A stretch of DNA of 51,589 nucleotides from Ktedonobacterales bacterium (GTDB lineage Bacteria > Chloroflexota > Ktedonobacteria > Ktedonobacterales > JADMIN01), in contig DASQSS010000229.1 in assembly GCA_035642255.1 (NCBI GenBank), positions 1-51,589 of the forward strand. The letters run 5' to 3'. This document shows, piece after piece, positions 34,181 to 44,262 of the stretch; position 1 is the stretch's first letter; each line of letters begins with the position of its first letter. Position numbers and translations under genes: made by a program. Under the pieces are notes generated by a model. The model saw only the letters and a program-made list of their open reading frames with translations, had not been told where the DNA came from and searched no databases.

Positions 34181-36736
34181 TCAGGCGTATGCGCGGCGCC
34201 GCATCAGTCGGCGCTTGACGATCTCGACGAGCGCGAGATAGATGACGACAGCGACCAGCAGGAAGAGGAAGAAGAGCGGCGGCAAGGGTGTGAACCCAAG
34301 TAGAGACGCCAATGGCGTGAACGGGAGCAGCATGCCGCACAACACAATCACCAATGTGGTCACGGTGAGTGGGCGGCTTGGTCGGCTGCGTAGCGGATTG
34401 CCGCCCGTGCGGATGATGAACAGCACGAGCACCTGTGTGGCGAGTGACTCCACAAACCAGCCAGTGTGGAACAGCGCCTCCGAGGCATGGAAGACATTCA
34501 GCAGCGCCCAGAAGGTCAGGAAATCAAAGATCGAGCTGATTGGCCCAATATAGAGCATGAAGTCGCGGATGAGGCCAATGTTCCACCGATGCGGCTTCTC
34601 GATAAACGTGGCGTCGACGTTGTCGGAGGGAATCGTGACCTGAGAGAGGTCGTAGAGAAAGTTGTTGAGCAGAATTTGGGTAGGCAGCATCGGCAGAAAT
34701 GGCAAGAAGAGCGCTGCGCCCGCCATGCTAAACATATTGCCAAAGTTCGAGCTGGTGCCCATGAGCAGATACTTCATCACATTGCCGAACGCCTTACGTC
34801 CCTCCAGTACGCCCTGCTGCAAGACCTGAAGGCCGCGCTCCAGCAAGATGATATCCGCCGCGTCTCTGGCGACATCTACCGCGCTCGCCACCGAGATTCC
34901 CACGTCGGCCACATGCAGTGACGGCGCGTCGTTGATGCCATCTCCCAGGAACCCGACGACATGCTTGCGCGCCTTGAGCGCCAGGATAATGCGGTTCTTC
35001 TGCGCGGGCGTCACACGGGCAAAGATGGTCGTCTGCTCCGCGACATGTTGCAGAGCCGTGTCACTCAACCGCTCGATGTCGTCGCCTAGCACAAGATGGC
35101 TTGTGTCCAGACCCACCTGCGTACAGATGTGGCGCGCGACCAGGTCATTGTCACCGGTGAGGATTTTGACCTCGACCCCATCGCGGCGCAGCGCTTCCAG
35201 CGTCTCATGCGCGCCCTCAATAGGAGGATCGATGAAGGCGACGAAGCCCACCAGTGTCATTGCGCCCTCATCCGCCAATTGATAGGATGATTGGGCGGGC
35301 ACGTTGCGAGAGGCGACCGCCAGCACGCGATAGCCGAGCGCGCTGAGATTCTGGTAGGTCGCCTCACACTGTCGCTTCGCATCATCGTCGAGGCGCCGCA
35401 CAGCGCCCTCCGACTCATACGAGGCGCATACCTGCAACACGCTCTCTGGGGCGCCTTTCGTGATCAGCAGGCGCTCGTCGCCGCGTTGCGCGACCACGGA
35501 GAGGCGTCTGCGCTCGAAATCAAACGGTAGCTCATCCAGCTTGTGATAGGCGCTCAGGTCTGGCTGATCATGCCGCAGAATCGCCGCATCAAGCGGGCTT
35601 CTGATCCCCGTGTCAAAGTTGCTGTTGAGCTGGGCGAGCAACAGTACCCGCTCTGAGGTGGCGCCAAGTGAATCGATATGCTGGTCGAGAATCATCTCAC
35701 CAGTTGTCAGCGTCCCGGTCTTGTCGCTGCACAGGATGTCCATGCTGCCGAAGTTCTGAATGGCGGGCAGATGTTTTACGATGACTTTGCGCTTGGCCAT
35801 CCGCAAGGCGCCCTGCCCCAGGGTCACGGTCGTGATCATCGGCAGGAATTCCGGTGTCAGGCCTACCGCCAGCGCCACCGCAAAGAGCAGCGACTCCAGG
35901 GCTGGCCGGTGAAACGCCAGGTTGATGACGAGTACAAACAGCACGAGGAAGGTGACCGTTTGCATGATGAGCAAGCCAAAGCGACGGATGCCACGGTCGA
36001 ACTCCATCTCAGGCGGCTTTTTCGCCAGGCGCAACACGATGTCGCCGAAGGTCGTCGCTCGACCAGTGGCTGTCACGATGGCCGTCGCCGTGCCGCTAAC
36101 GACTGATGCGCCAAGCAGCGCCATATAGGATGCGTCAGCTAGCGCGCGTGGCTCCGTGTCCGAATCCTGCGCCGACTTCGCCACGGGCATCGATTCGCCC
36201 GTCAGCGCCGATTGCTGAAGGTGCAGGTCGCGGGCCTCGATGAGTCGCGTATCCGCGGGTACGAGGTCGCCCGCCGCGAGACGGATGACGTCGCCCGGCA
36301 CGAGCGTGCGACGCTGGAGGTCATTCCATGCGCCGTCACGTAAGACTGAGCAGGTAGGTGTCACCTGGGCGCGCAGTCTTTCGGCTGCGGCTTGCGAGCG
36401 ATACGTCTGAAGGAAGTTGATTACGACACTCAGCAGCACCATCAGCGCGATGATGGCTGCGTTGAGCCCCTGGCCAAGCGCCGCCGAGATGAGGCTGGCG
36501 ACCAGCAGAATGATGACCAGTGGATTCAGGAGAAAGCTCAGAAACTGCGCGATGGCTGCAAAGCGTTGCGGAGGCGCAGGCTCATTCGCGCCAAATTGCG
36601 CCAGCCGCCGCTGCGCCTCTGCGGTGGTTAGCCCGTTTTTGGTAGCCTGAAGCTGCGCGAGTGTGGCGGAAAGTTGGTTGTAGGGCGGCGTCTGTTGTTT
36701 CTCAGCGCGTTGCGTCAGAGATGGATGATCACGCAT
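34181..36736 (-). CDS. mgtA: Magnesium-translocating P-type ATPase
   Basis: ALTGES, CSDKTGTLT, TGDN, GDGINDAPSL and the MgtA-specific SSNFGNMFSMAGAALFLPFLPMLPTQILLNNFLYD. The ATG at 36736 (GGGAGG RBS) is preferred to 36814. Confidence 0.9.
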   Translation of the reverse strand: MRDHPSLTQRAEKQQTPPYNQLSATLAQLQATKNGLTTAEAQRRLAQFGANEPAPPQRFAAIAQFLSFLLNPLVIILLVASLISAALGQGLNAAIIALMVLLSVVINFLQTYRSQAAAERLRAQVTPTCSVLRDGAWNDLQRRTLVPGDVIRLAAGDLVPADTRLIEARDLHLQQSALTGESMPVAKSAQDSDTEPRALADASYMALLGASVVSGTATAIVTATGRATTFGDIVLRLAKKPPEMEFDRGIRRFGLLIMQTVTFLVLFVLVINLAFHRPALESLLFAVALAVGLTPEFLPMITTVTLGQGALRMAKRKVIVKHLPAIQNFGSMDILCSDKTGTLTTGEMILDQHIDSLGATSERVLLLAQLNSNFDTGIRSPLDAAILRHDQPDLSAYHKLDELPFDFERRRLSVVAQRGDERLLITKGAPESVLQVCASYESEGAVRRLDDDAKRQCEATYQNLSALGYRVLAVASRNVPAQSSYQLADEGAMTLVGFVAFIDPPIEGAHETLEALRRDGVEVKILTGDNDLVARHICTQVGLDTSHLVLGDDIERLSDTALQHVAEQTTIFARVTPAQKNRIILALKARKHVVGFLGDGINDAPSLHVADVGISVASAVDVARDAADIILLERGLQVLQQGVLEGRKAFGNVMKYLLMGTSSNFGNMFSMAGAALFLPFLPMLPTQILLNNFLYDLSQVTIPSDNVDATFIEKPHRWNIGLIRDFMLYIGPISSIFDFLTFWALLNVFHASEALFHTGWFVESLATQVLVLFIIRTGGNPLRSRPSRPLTVTTLVIVLCGMLLPFTPLASLLGFTPLPPLFFLFLLVAVVIYLALVEIVKRRLMRRRAYA

Positions 36737-36929
36737 GGCCGCCTCCCAGACGCTCTGCGCACAGAATGCGCTCGTAGGGTCACATGCCGCTCCATGAACG
36801 TATACGCGCCACACATCTCAGCGGTCTCACGAAAGGCAGGGAGGCGGTCACTGGGGAGTCACGAGCGCATGCGAAGGCGCAACCGTCGCTTGCCCTGAGC
36901 GCACCCCACCAGCGGATCGAGAGCGGCAG

Positions 36930-38318
36930 CTAGATCAGATGCAAGGCTGTGGCGGCGCGTTCGAGTGGCTCGCGGAACTGCGGCGCGGCGATCTGGATGA
37001 GCCTGCGAGCGCGCTCAGCGAGATCACGGCCGTGCAGCGCGGCGATGCCATATTCCGTCACGACGTAATGTACATGCGCCCGCGAGGTCGTGACCGCCGC
37101 GCCCGGCGTGAGCAGCGGCATGATGCGCGAGACCATTCCGTCAATCGGCTCGATGGCGCACTCGGGTGGGATGGCGAACGCGGAGAAGGCGTCGCGCGCC
37201 AGGGATGTGTTGGCGCGAGCGGTGGCGGGCATCGCGATGATGGGGCGTCCACGCGGTGACAGCGCGGCGCCGCGCATGAAGTCCATCTGGCCGCCAACGC
37301 CGCTGTAGAGCGTGACGCCTAGCGACTCGGCGCAGACTTGCCCGGTCAGGTCCACCTGAATCGCGCTGTTGATGGCGACCATATGCTCGAATTGGCGAAT
37401 GATGGTGGAGTTGTTCGTGTAGTCCGACGGGCGAAGCTCCACCATCGGATTGTCGTCGATGAAGTCGAGCAGGCGACGTGACCCAATGACGAAGCTCGCC
37501 ACGATCTTGTCGCGATCCCGCGTCTTGCGCGCGCCGGTGATGACGCCTTTCTGGACCAGCTCCATCACACCATCTGAAAACATCTCCGTGTGGACGCCCA
37601 GGTTTTTTCGGTCAGATAGCGCCTGGAGCGCCGCGTCGGGTATCGCCCCGATGCCGAGCTGCAACGTGGCGCCATCATCCACAAGTTCGGCGATGTGCTG
37701 GCCGATGCGCTGCTGTGTCGCGTCCGGTCGCTTGCTCTCGACTTCATAGAGTGGGTGGTCCCATTGGACGGCGTGGTCCAGCCGTGAGATGTGGACAAAG
37801 CCGCTGCCGTGTGTACGTGGGACCTGCGGATTGACGAGCGCGACAACGTGCTTGGCGGTATCGACGGCCGCGCGCGTGACGTCCACCGATGAGCCGAGTG
37901 AGCAGTAGCCGTGACCGTCGGGCGGTGACACCTGGATGAACGCGACATCGATGGGTAGCTCCCCACCCGGCGCGAAGAGCGCGGGCACATCGGAGAGGAA
38001 GACGGGGGTATAGCTGGCCCGGCCCGCGTTGACGGCAGCACGGGTATTCTCAGCGACGAAGAGCGCTCGCAGCTTGAAATGCCCCTCCCAGCGCGCATCT
38101 GTGTAGGGTGTCGGTCCATAGGTGTGCAGGTGGACGAGCTCAACGTCTCGTAGCTCAATGCCGCGCTCGACCAGCGCCTCGATCAGCGCGGTCGGCGTCG
38201 CGCAGGCTCCTTGCACGTAGACGCGCTGGCCCGAATGGACGACCTGCACAGCCTCCTGTGGACTGCTGAAGATGACACGGCTGTTGTCTCTCACAAGTAC
38301 CTGTCCCTTGTTCTTCAT
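36930..38318 (-). CDS. Acetyl-CoA hydrolase/transferase family protein (4-hydroxybutyrate CoA-transferase-like)
   Basis: IDVAFIQVSPPDGHGYCSLGSSVD, TLQLGIGAIPDA, LGVHTEMFSDG, SGVGGQMDFMRGA and YVVTEYGIAAL. Confidence 0.85.
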   Translation of the reverse strand: MKNKGQVLVRDNSRVIFSSPQEAVQVVHSGQRVYVQGACATPTALIEALVERGIELRDVELVHLHTYGPTPYTDARWEGHFKLRALFVAENTRAAVNAGRASYTPVFLSDVPALFAPGGELPIDVAFIQVSPPDGHGYCSLGSSVDVTRAAVDTAKHVVALVNPQVPRTHGSGFVHISRLDHAVQWDHPLYEVESKRPDATQQRIGQHIAELVDDGATLQLGIGAIPDAALQALSDRKNLGVHTEMFSDGVMELVQKGVITGARKTRDRDKIVASFVIGSRRLLDFIDDNPMVELRPSDYTNNSTIIRQFEHMVAINSAIQVDLTGQVCAESLGVTLYSGVGGQMDFMRGAALSPRGRPIIAMPATARANTSLARDAFSAFAIPPECAIEPIDGMVSRIMPLLTPGAAVTTSRAHVHYVVTEYGIAALHGRDLAERARRLIQIAAPQFREPLERAATALHLI

Positions 38319-38503
38319 CGCGGCGCTGCCGCCCACGTCGCCCCAACTCGCGCGACTTCCACACTACTACCTTACCAGCCTTGGCCCAGGTTTGGTCGAG
38401 CCGAACGGCGTATTTTGAAGGTACGAAGTCACGCGCAGCGCGGTTGTGAGTGAGTTGTGAGCCTGTGTCGACATATAGTGATCGATGCCCCAGCGCCTGC
38501 GCG

Positions 38504-38554
38504 CATAGACATAGCCCCCGCTCCAGCGACGCCAGAGCGGGGGCTATGTCTATG
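38504..38554. terminator. Perfect 19-bp inverted repeat (CATAGACATAGCCCCCGCT-N13-AGCGGGGGCTATGTCTATG) just downstream of nuoN
   Basis: Read directly. It lies 34 nt past the nuoN stop on the minus strand. No U-tract. Confidence 0.5.
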
Positions 38555-38587
38555 CGGTCACACGGCTGAGAGACGCCAGGGTGAGCG

Positions 38588-40087
38588 CTAGTGGACAAAC
38601 GCGTTGAAGAGGCTGCTCGCGCCGACGCCGACCTGCGCCATCAGCGGGCCAAAGACGATGGTCAGCGCGATGACACCCACCACCGCGATCGCCATTGTCA
38701 GCCCGACTGACACGGGCGTCTGTACAAAGTCATGCTTCGGCGAGTCAACCACGTACATGCGCCAGACCACGTTGGCATAGTAGGCGATCGAGACGGCGCT
38801 CATCAGCAGGCCGATGATGACCAGCGCGGTCATGCCCGACCCCTGACCCCAGGCCGCCCAGAAGATGACCAGCTTGCTCAGGAATCCAGCCATTGGCGGG
38901 ATGCCCGCTAGCGCGAGCAGGCAGATCGCCGTTCCCGCCGCGATCCACGGCGAGCGGCGGCCAAATCCGTCGAAGTCACGGATGTTCTCGCGTCCCGTCG
39001 CGTCGGCCAGCGCGATGATGCCCGTGAATGCGCCGATGTTCGTCACGACGTAGACAAAGAGGAACATCAGCATGGCCTGGTTGCCAGTCGCCGACTTGTG
39101 GATGATGAGCGCCGCGAAGCCGACCAGCAGGTAGCCCGCCTGGCCGATACTGCTATAAGCCATCATGCGCTTGATGTTCGTCTGGAGCAGCGCGCCGACG
39201 TTGCCGACGATCATCGTCAGCGCGGCGACGACTGCCACCATGACCCACAGATAGTTGCTGTTCAGCGCCACCAGGCCGCCAAAGACGAAGACTCGCAGCA
39301 GCGCCGCGAAGCCCGCCGCCTTCGAGCCAACAGAGAAGAACAGCGTCGAAGGGGTTGGCGCGCCTTCGTAGATGTCAGGCGCCCACATGTGGAACGGAAC
39401 CGCCGATACCTTGAAGCCGAAGCCCGCGAAGACGAAAACTTCGCCGACGATCAGCAACAGATTGCCGGTATGCAGCACACTCGTCGTCGCTTTGGCGATC
39501 TCGATCAGATCGGTCGTGCCAGTCGCGCCATAGAGCAGCGTCATGCCATAGAGCAGAATCGCTGACGACATCGCGCCGAGCAGCACATACTTGACCGCCG
39601 CTTCCGCCGAGCGTGTGTCTGTGCGCGACAGGCCAGCCAGGATGTAGAGCGGGATGCTCGTCAGCTCCAGCGAGATGTAGATGGTGATCAGCTCGCCCGA
39701 TCCGCCCATCAGCATCATGCCCGCCAACGACATGAGGATGATGCTGTAATACTCACCCGGCGTGGCGCGCAGATACTTCTCGACGTAGCGATACGAGACG
39801 AGAATCACGCAGAAGCCGATCAGCAGGAACAGCAGCTTGAAGAAGATCGCGTAGGTATCCACCACCAACATGCCGTAGAAGCCAGTGGTAGCGCGCGACC
39901 CAAACGTATTGAACGCCAGCGAGAATGTCAGCGCCAGCGGAATCACCAGGCCGATGAGCGCTGTGGCCCATACAACCGTTTTGCGCCGCGTCACAAGGTC
40001 AAGCCCCAGCACGACAAAGCTCAGCAAGGTCACGCTCAGCTCAGGCGAGAGGAGCCAGATTTGCGGCAGACCTATCGTTGATGTCAC
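38588..40087 (-). CDS. nuoN: NADH-quinone oxidoreductase subunit N
   Basis: 499 aa, about 14 TM segments, antiporter-like. FKVSAVPFHMWAPDIYEGAPTPSTLFFSVGSKAAGF. Last gene of the nuoJKLMN order. Confidence 0.9.
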   Translation of the reverse strand: MTSTIGLPQIWLLSPELSVTLLSFVVLGLDLVTRRKTVVWATALIGLVIPLALTFSLAFNTFGSRATTGFYGMLVVDTYAIFFKLLFLLIGFCVILVSYRYVEKYLRATPGEYYSIILMSLAGMMLMGGSGELITIYISLELTSIPLYILAGLSRTDTRSAEAAVKYVLLGAMSSAILLYGMTLLYGATGTTDLIEIAKATTSVLHTGNLLLIVGEVFVFAGFGFKVSAVPFHMWAPDIYEGAPTPSTLFFSVGSKAAGFAALLRVFVFGGLVALNSNYLWVMVAVVAALTMIVGNVGALLQTNIKRMMAYSSIGQAGYLLVGFAALIIHKSATGNQAMLMFLFVYVVTNIGAFTGIIALADATGRENIRDFDGFGRRSPWIAAGTAICLLALAGIPPMAGFLSKLVIFWAAWGQGSGMTALVIIGLLMSAVSIAYYANVVWRMYVVDSPKHDFVQTPVSVGLTMAIAVVGVIALTIVFGPLMAQVGVGASSLFNAFVH

Positions 40088-40111
40088 GGTACGCTCCCAG
40101 GTCTCTCAGCT

Positions 40112-41671
40112 CTAGCGAGCAACTAGCGCGCTCATGCTGTGCAACATCTGTTGCAGGCTTGGCGTGAGCAGGTCAACCATCGGCTTCGGATAGATGCCCA
40201 CGAAGAGGATCACCACCGTCAGCGCGATCAGCGGGAAGGCTTCAAGCGCGGTCGCATCGGTCAGCCAGTCCCACTTCATATTTAGCGGCCCGTAGAACGA
40301 GCGCTTGAGCATCCAGAGCAGGTACCCCGCCGTCAGCACGACGCCGAACGCGGCCAGAATCGTCGCAAGTGGCAGTGTCGCGTACGAGCCGGTGAAGACA
40401 AGGTATTCAGCGACGAAGCCGCTCAGGCCGGGCAGGCCCAGCGAAGCGAAACACGCTACCGAGAAGAGCAGCATCAGCGCCGGCATGCGCTTGCCGATGC
40501 CGCCGAACACATCGATGTCGCGGGTATGCGCCTTGTCGTAGAGCACGCCGACTGAGAAGAACAGCATGCCCGTGATCGTGCCATGCGTGAACATCTGCAG
40601 GGTCGCGCCCGTCAGCGCCGCCTGGCGAAAAGCCATGCTGACCGAGCCTGCCGCAGCGGCAGCCGCGACCCCCAGCAGCACGTAGCCCATGTGGCTCACG
40701 CTGGAGTACGCGATCATGCGCTTCATGTCCTTCTGGACCATCGAAGCGCCAGCGCCCCAGAGGACATTGATCGCGGCCAGGATGCCAAGCACTGGCGCAA
40801 ACTCCATCGCGCCGTGGGGCGCGAAGCCCAGGCAGATGCGAATCAGGCCATAGGCGCCCATCTTCAGCAGCACACCCGCCAGCAGCACGCTGACTGCCGT
40901 TGGCGCCTCCGTATGGGCATCTGGCAGCCAGGTATGCACTGGCCACATTGGGATCTTCACCGCAAAGCCGACGAAGAGCAGCAGGAAGATCGCCAGCGCC
41001 AGCGAGACACTGCCGCCGAAGAATGGCAGCGAGCCCGCCAGGCTCGGCGCCGTCTGCGCAAAATGCTGGAATGAGGCATTCTGGCCGCCCGTCTGGAAGT
41101 AGATCAGGAAGATGCCCGCGAGGGTGAAGGCCGAGCCGACCAGTGTGTAGATCAGGAACTTCCACGCGGCGTATTCGCGCCGCTGGCCGCCCCAGATGCC
41201 AATCAGCAGGAACATCGGAATCAGCTCGATCTCCCAGAACAGGATGAACAAGAAGAGATCGAATGCGGCGAAGACGCCCATGACGCCCGTTTCGAGGATG
41301 AGCAGCATCGCGAAGTAGAACCGCGCGCGCTTCTCCATCTTCCACGAGCCGATGACCGCCAGGAACGAGAGCAGGCCGTTCAGGATGAGCATCGGCATGC
41401 TCAAACCATCAGTCCCGAGCGCGTAGTCCACTTTGAAGTGGAGCGCGCCAATCGCGACATTGATCCACGGCGCATTGATGTACCACTGCGGGTCCGTCAC
41501 CGAGCCGAAGTTCGGTGAACCGGAGCCGAGCAGGCCAAAGTAGAGCCAGAGGCTCAGCAGGAACACCGCTCCAGTAAAGACCGCTGCGATCCACCGCGCG
41601 GCGCGGTCAGGCGCGAGCAGGGTGATAAGGCCAGCGACCAGCGGCAGGAAGACAATCGCAGTCAGCAGCAT
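40112..41671 (-). CDS. nuoM: NADH-quinone oxidoreductase subunit M
   Basis: 519 aa. AVKIPMWPVHTWLPDAHTEAPTAVSVLLAGVLLKMGAYG and IAYSSVSHMGYVLLG. Confidence 0.9.
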   Translation of the reverse strand: MLLTAIVFLPLVAGLITLLAPDRAARWIAAVFTGAVFLLSLWLYFGLLGSGSPNFGSVTDPQWYINAPWINVAIGALHFKVDYALGTDGLSMPMLILNGLLSFLAVIGSWKMEKRARFYFAMLLILETGVMGVFAAFDLFLFILFWEIELIPMFLLIGIWGGQRREYAAWKFLIYTLVGSAFTLAGIFLIYFQTGGQNASFQHFAQTAPSLAGSLPFFGGSVSLALAIFLLLFVGFAVKIPMWPVHTWLPDAHTEAPTAVSVLLAGVLLKMGAYGLIRICLGFAPHGAMEFAPVLGILAAINVLWGAGASMVQKDMKRMIAYSSVSHMGYVLLGVAAAAAAGSVSMAFRQAALTGATLQMFTHGTITGMLFFSVGVLYDKAHTRDIDVFGGIGKRMPALMLLFSVACFASLGLPGLSGFVAEYLVFTGSYATLPLATILAAFGVVLTAGYLLWMLKRSFYGPLNMKWDWLTDATALEAFPLIALTVVILFVGIYPKPMVDLLTPSLQQMLHSMSALVAR

Positions 41672-41693
41672 AACGCTTTCCTATCCTCCCCGC

Positions 41694-43838
41694 CTATCGC
41701 ACGAACGCGCCGGTGGCGATGAAGACCGCCAACGCGATAATCAGCGCGCCTCCGAAGATCGCAGCGCCGTAATTTTGCAGCACGCCCGTCTCCGTACGTC
41801 GTGTCGCGTCGCCGATGCGCCGCACCGACGATGCCGAGCCATTCACGATGCCATCCACCACGTACTTGTCGAAGGCGACGGCGCCATTGGAGAGGCCCAG
41901 CACGATGTACTTGATGACCCAGTCGTAGAACTCATCGATGTAGAACTTGTTGATGAGCAGGATGTAGATCGAGCGGCCAACTGGATTGCTGGTGAAGGCT
42001 TTCGCCGGAATGATCTCCATGCCGTACACGATCCACGCGAGGCCGATGCCGACGACCGCTAGCGCGATGCCCACGTAGGTCAACGGGTCTGTGAAGGGAC
42101 TCGCATAGACCTCTGTGGTACCGGTAAGGAAACTCGCGAAGCCGTTGTTGATGCTCCAGAAGCCGAGCAGAGCCGCCGGGAAGGCCAGCAGAATCAGTGG
42201 CAGCGTCATCACCCAGGGCGACTCGTGTGGATGCGCTTCGCCGCGATACTGCCGGTCGCCACCCCATATGCCAGCGAACGCGCCGCCCTTGCCACCAAAG
42301 GTCATGAAGTACAGGCGGAACATGTAGAAGGCGGTCAGGAACGCGGTGAAGAGCGTTAGCCCGTAGAACCAGTAGTTGCCACCATGCGCCGTTCCGTAGC
42401 TGAAGGCCTCGCCGATGATGGCGTCCTTACTGAAGAAGCCGGAGAACGGTGGGACGCCGGAGATGGAGAGCGTGGCGATCAGGAATGTGAACGCCGTGAT
42501 CGGCATGTACTTCGCCAGGCCACCCATCTTGCGCATGTCCTGATTGCCCGCGACGGCGTGAATCACGCTGCCGGACCCCAGGAAGAGCAGCGCCTTGAAG
42601 AAGGCGTGGGTGAACAGATGGAAGATGCCCAGTGAGTTGTTGGGGCCGACTGCCAGACCGACGAACATATAGCCAAGCTGGCTGACTGTGGAGTAGGCCA
42701 GCACCTTCTTGATGTCGTTCTGCGCCAGGGCGATGACCGCCGCGAAGATCGCCGTGAAGGAGCCGACCCAGCCGACGACCTCCAGCGATTGCGGCCCAGC
42801 GACATGCGAGTAGAGCGGGAAGAAGCGCGCGACCAGATAGACGCCCGCGGCCACCATCGTCGCCGCGTGGATCAGCGCGCTCACCGGCGTCGGGCCAGCC
42901 ATCGCGTCCGGCAGCCAGACGTGCAGCGGGAACTGCGCCGACTTGCCCACCGCGCCACAGAAGATCAGAATCATCGCCAGGGTGACGGTGAACTGGTCAA
43001 CGTGCTGGTAGGTCGCTGGATTGTTCAACGTGGAGAAGGTGAACGTGCCTGTGGCGAGGAAGAGCATCAGGATGCCAATCAGCATGCCGAAGTCGCCAAA
43101 GCGCGTGGTCACGAACGCCTTGAGCGCCGCCGCCGGTGGGTAGGGGATGTCTGATCCGGCTGGCGGAGGCGCCTGATCGAACCAGAAGCCGATCAGCAGA
43201 TAGGATGACAGGCCGACCAGCTCCCAGCCGATGAAGAGGACCAGGATGTTCGCGCCTAGCACCAGAATCAGCATGGAGACGGTGAAGAGAGCTAGCTCCA
43301 TGAAGAAGCGCGAGAAGCCCAGGTCGCCCGCGAGATAGCCGATGGAGTAGAGGTGCACGAGCATCGAAACGCCCGTCACGACGACCAGCATCACCGCTGT
43401 CAGCGGGTCTACCCGGAAGTCAATCACGTAGCGCAGCGATCCAAACGTAAACCAGTCCCACAGGTGAGCGGTGTAGCCGTTCGTCTGCAGCAGTGGCGTG
43501 GTGAGGAACTGGAAGAAGATGGCGAGCGATAGTCCGAATGCGCCAACCATAGCGATGACGGCGATGACCGCGCCCGCCAACCCCCAGGTGGTCGTGATGC
43601 CGCCGTGGCCGTGGCCGCCTGTGCCGCTATCGTCGTGTGCGGCGCCAGGGCCATGCGTCTCAGCCTGCTCGTGACCCGCCGCGGTTCCGGCGAGGTTGTG
43701 TCCGCCGCTTCCACCAGTCGGGCGTAGGCCAGCTTTGCGTTGCGCGGCGACATCCAGTGGGCGTGTCACACAGAAGATGATGACCAGCGCCACTAAAGGC
43801 AGCAGCGGGATCACCGGGACGAACTCTACGGGACTCAT
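41694..43838 (-). CDS. nuoL: NADH-quinone oxidoreductase subunit L (with a His/Gly-rich insertion after TM1)
   Basis: 714 aa. GKSAQFPLHVWLPDAMAGPTPVSALIHAATMVAAGVYL and VLAYSTVSQLGYMF, plus a long C-terminal lateral-helix region. Confidence 0.9.
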   Translation of the reverse strand: MSPVEFVPVIPLLPLVALVIIFCVTRPLDVAAQRKAGLRPTGGSGGHNLAGTAAGHEQAETHGPGAAHDDSGTGGHGHGGITTTWGLAGAVIAVIAMVGAFGLSLAIFFQFLTTPLLQTNGYTAHLWDWFTFGSLRYVIDFRVDPLTAVMLVVVTGVSMLVHLYSIGYLAGDLGFSRFFMELALFTVSMLILVLGANILVLFIGWELVGLSSYLLIGFWFDQAPPPAGSDIPYPPAAALKAFVTTRFGDFGMLIGILMLFLATGTFTFSTLNNPATYQHVDQFTVTLAMILIFCGAVGKSAQFPLHVWLPDAMAGPTPVSALIHAATMVAAGVYLVARFFPLYSHVAGPQSLEVVGWVGSFTAIFAAVIALAQNDIKKVLAYSTVSQLGYMFVGLAVGPNNSLGIFHLFTHAFFKALLFLGSGSVIHAVAGNQDMRKMGGLAKYMPITAFTFLIATLSISGVPPFSGFFSKDAIIGEAFSYGTAHGGNYWFYGLTLFTAFLTAFYMFRLYFMTFGGKGGAFAGIWGGDRQYRGEAHPHESPWVMTLPLILLAFPAALLGFWSINNGFASFLTGTTEVYASPFTDPLTYVGIALAVVGIGLAWIVYGMEIIPAKAFTSNPVGRSIYILLINKFYIDEFYDWVIKYIVLGLSNGAVAFDKYVVDGIVNGSASSVRRIGDATRRTETGVLQNYGAAIFGGALIIALAVFIATGAFVR

Positions 43839-43906
43839 GCATCCGCTCCGTTACTCAGCGTCAGCGCCTGCGCGCCTGATCGGATGTCATCCATTACTGT
43901 CATCCA

Positions 43907-44239
43907 TTACCAGCGCATCAGGTTGATCTGGCCGACGTCAATCGTAGACCGGCGCCTGTAGATGGCAATGATCATGGCCAGCGCGACCGCGGCTTCCGCA
44001 GCGGCCACCGTGATGATGAAGATGGCGAATATCTGTCCAGTCAACCGCTCTCCGTGGCCCGCCGAGCCCGTAAAGGACTGGAATGCCGAGGCATACGCGA
44101 CGAGCGTGATGTTGACCGCGTTGAGCATGATTTCAATGCTCATCAGAATCGTGACGGCGTTGCGTTTGCTCAGCGCGCCAAAGAGGCCGATACAAAAGAC
44201 CACCGCGCCGAGCACGAGGAATGAGTTCAGCGTGACCAT
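43907..44239 (-). CDS. nuoK: NADH-quinone oxidoreductase subunit K
   Basis: 110 aa. FLVLGAVVFCIGLFGALSKRNAVTILMSIEIMLNAVNI. Confidence 0.9.
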   Translation of the reverse strand: MVTLNSFLVLGAVVFCIGLFGALSKRNAVTILMSIEIMLNAVNITLVAYASAFQSFTGSAGHGERLTGQIFAIFIITVAAAEAAVALAMIIAIYRRRSTIDVGQINLMRW

Positions 44240-44262
44240 GCGTCTATCCTCTCCCGTCCGCG

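Noticed and set aside
36737-36929. M-box (ykoK) Mg2+ riboswitch or mgtL-type leader upstream of mgtA
   Set aside because: I read the minus-strand leader and found none of the M-box blocks (GGUGAGG, AAAGUCGA, GACGCC..GGG.CAACAG), and no short Pro-rich leader ORF with an RBS.
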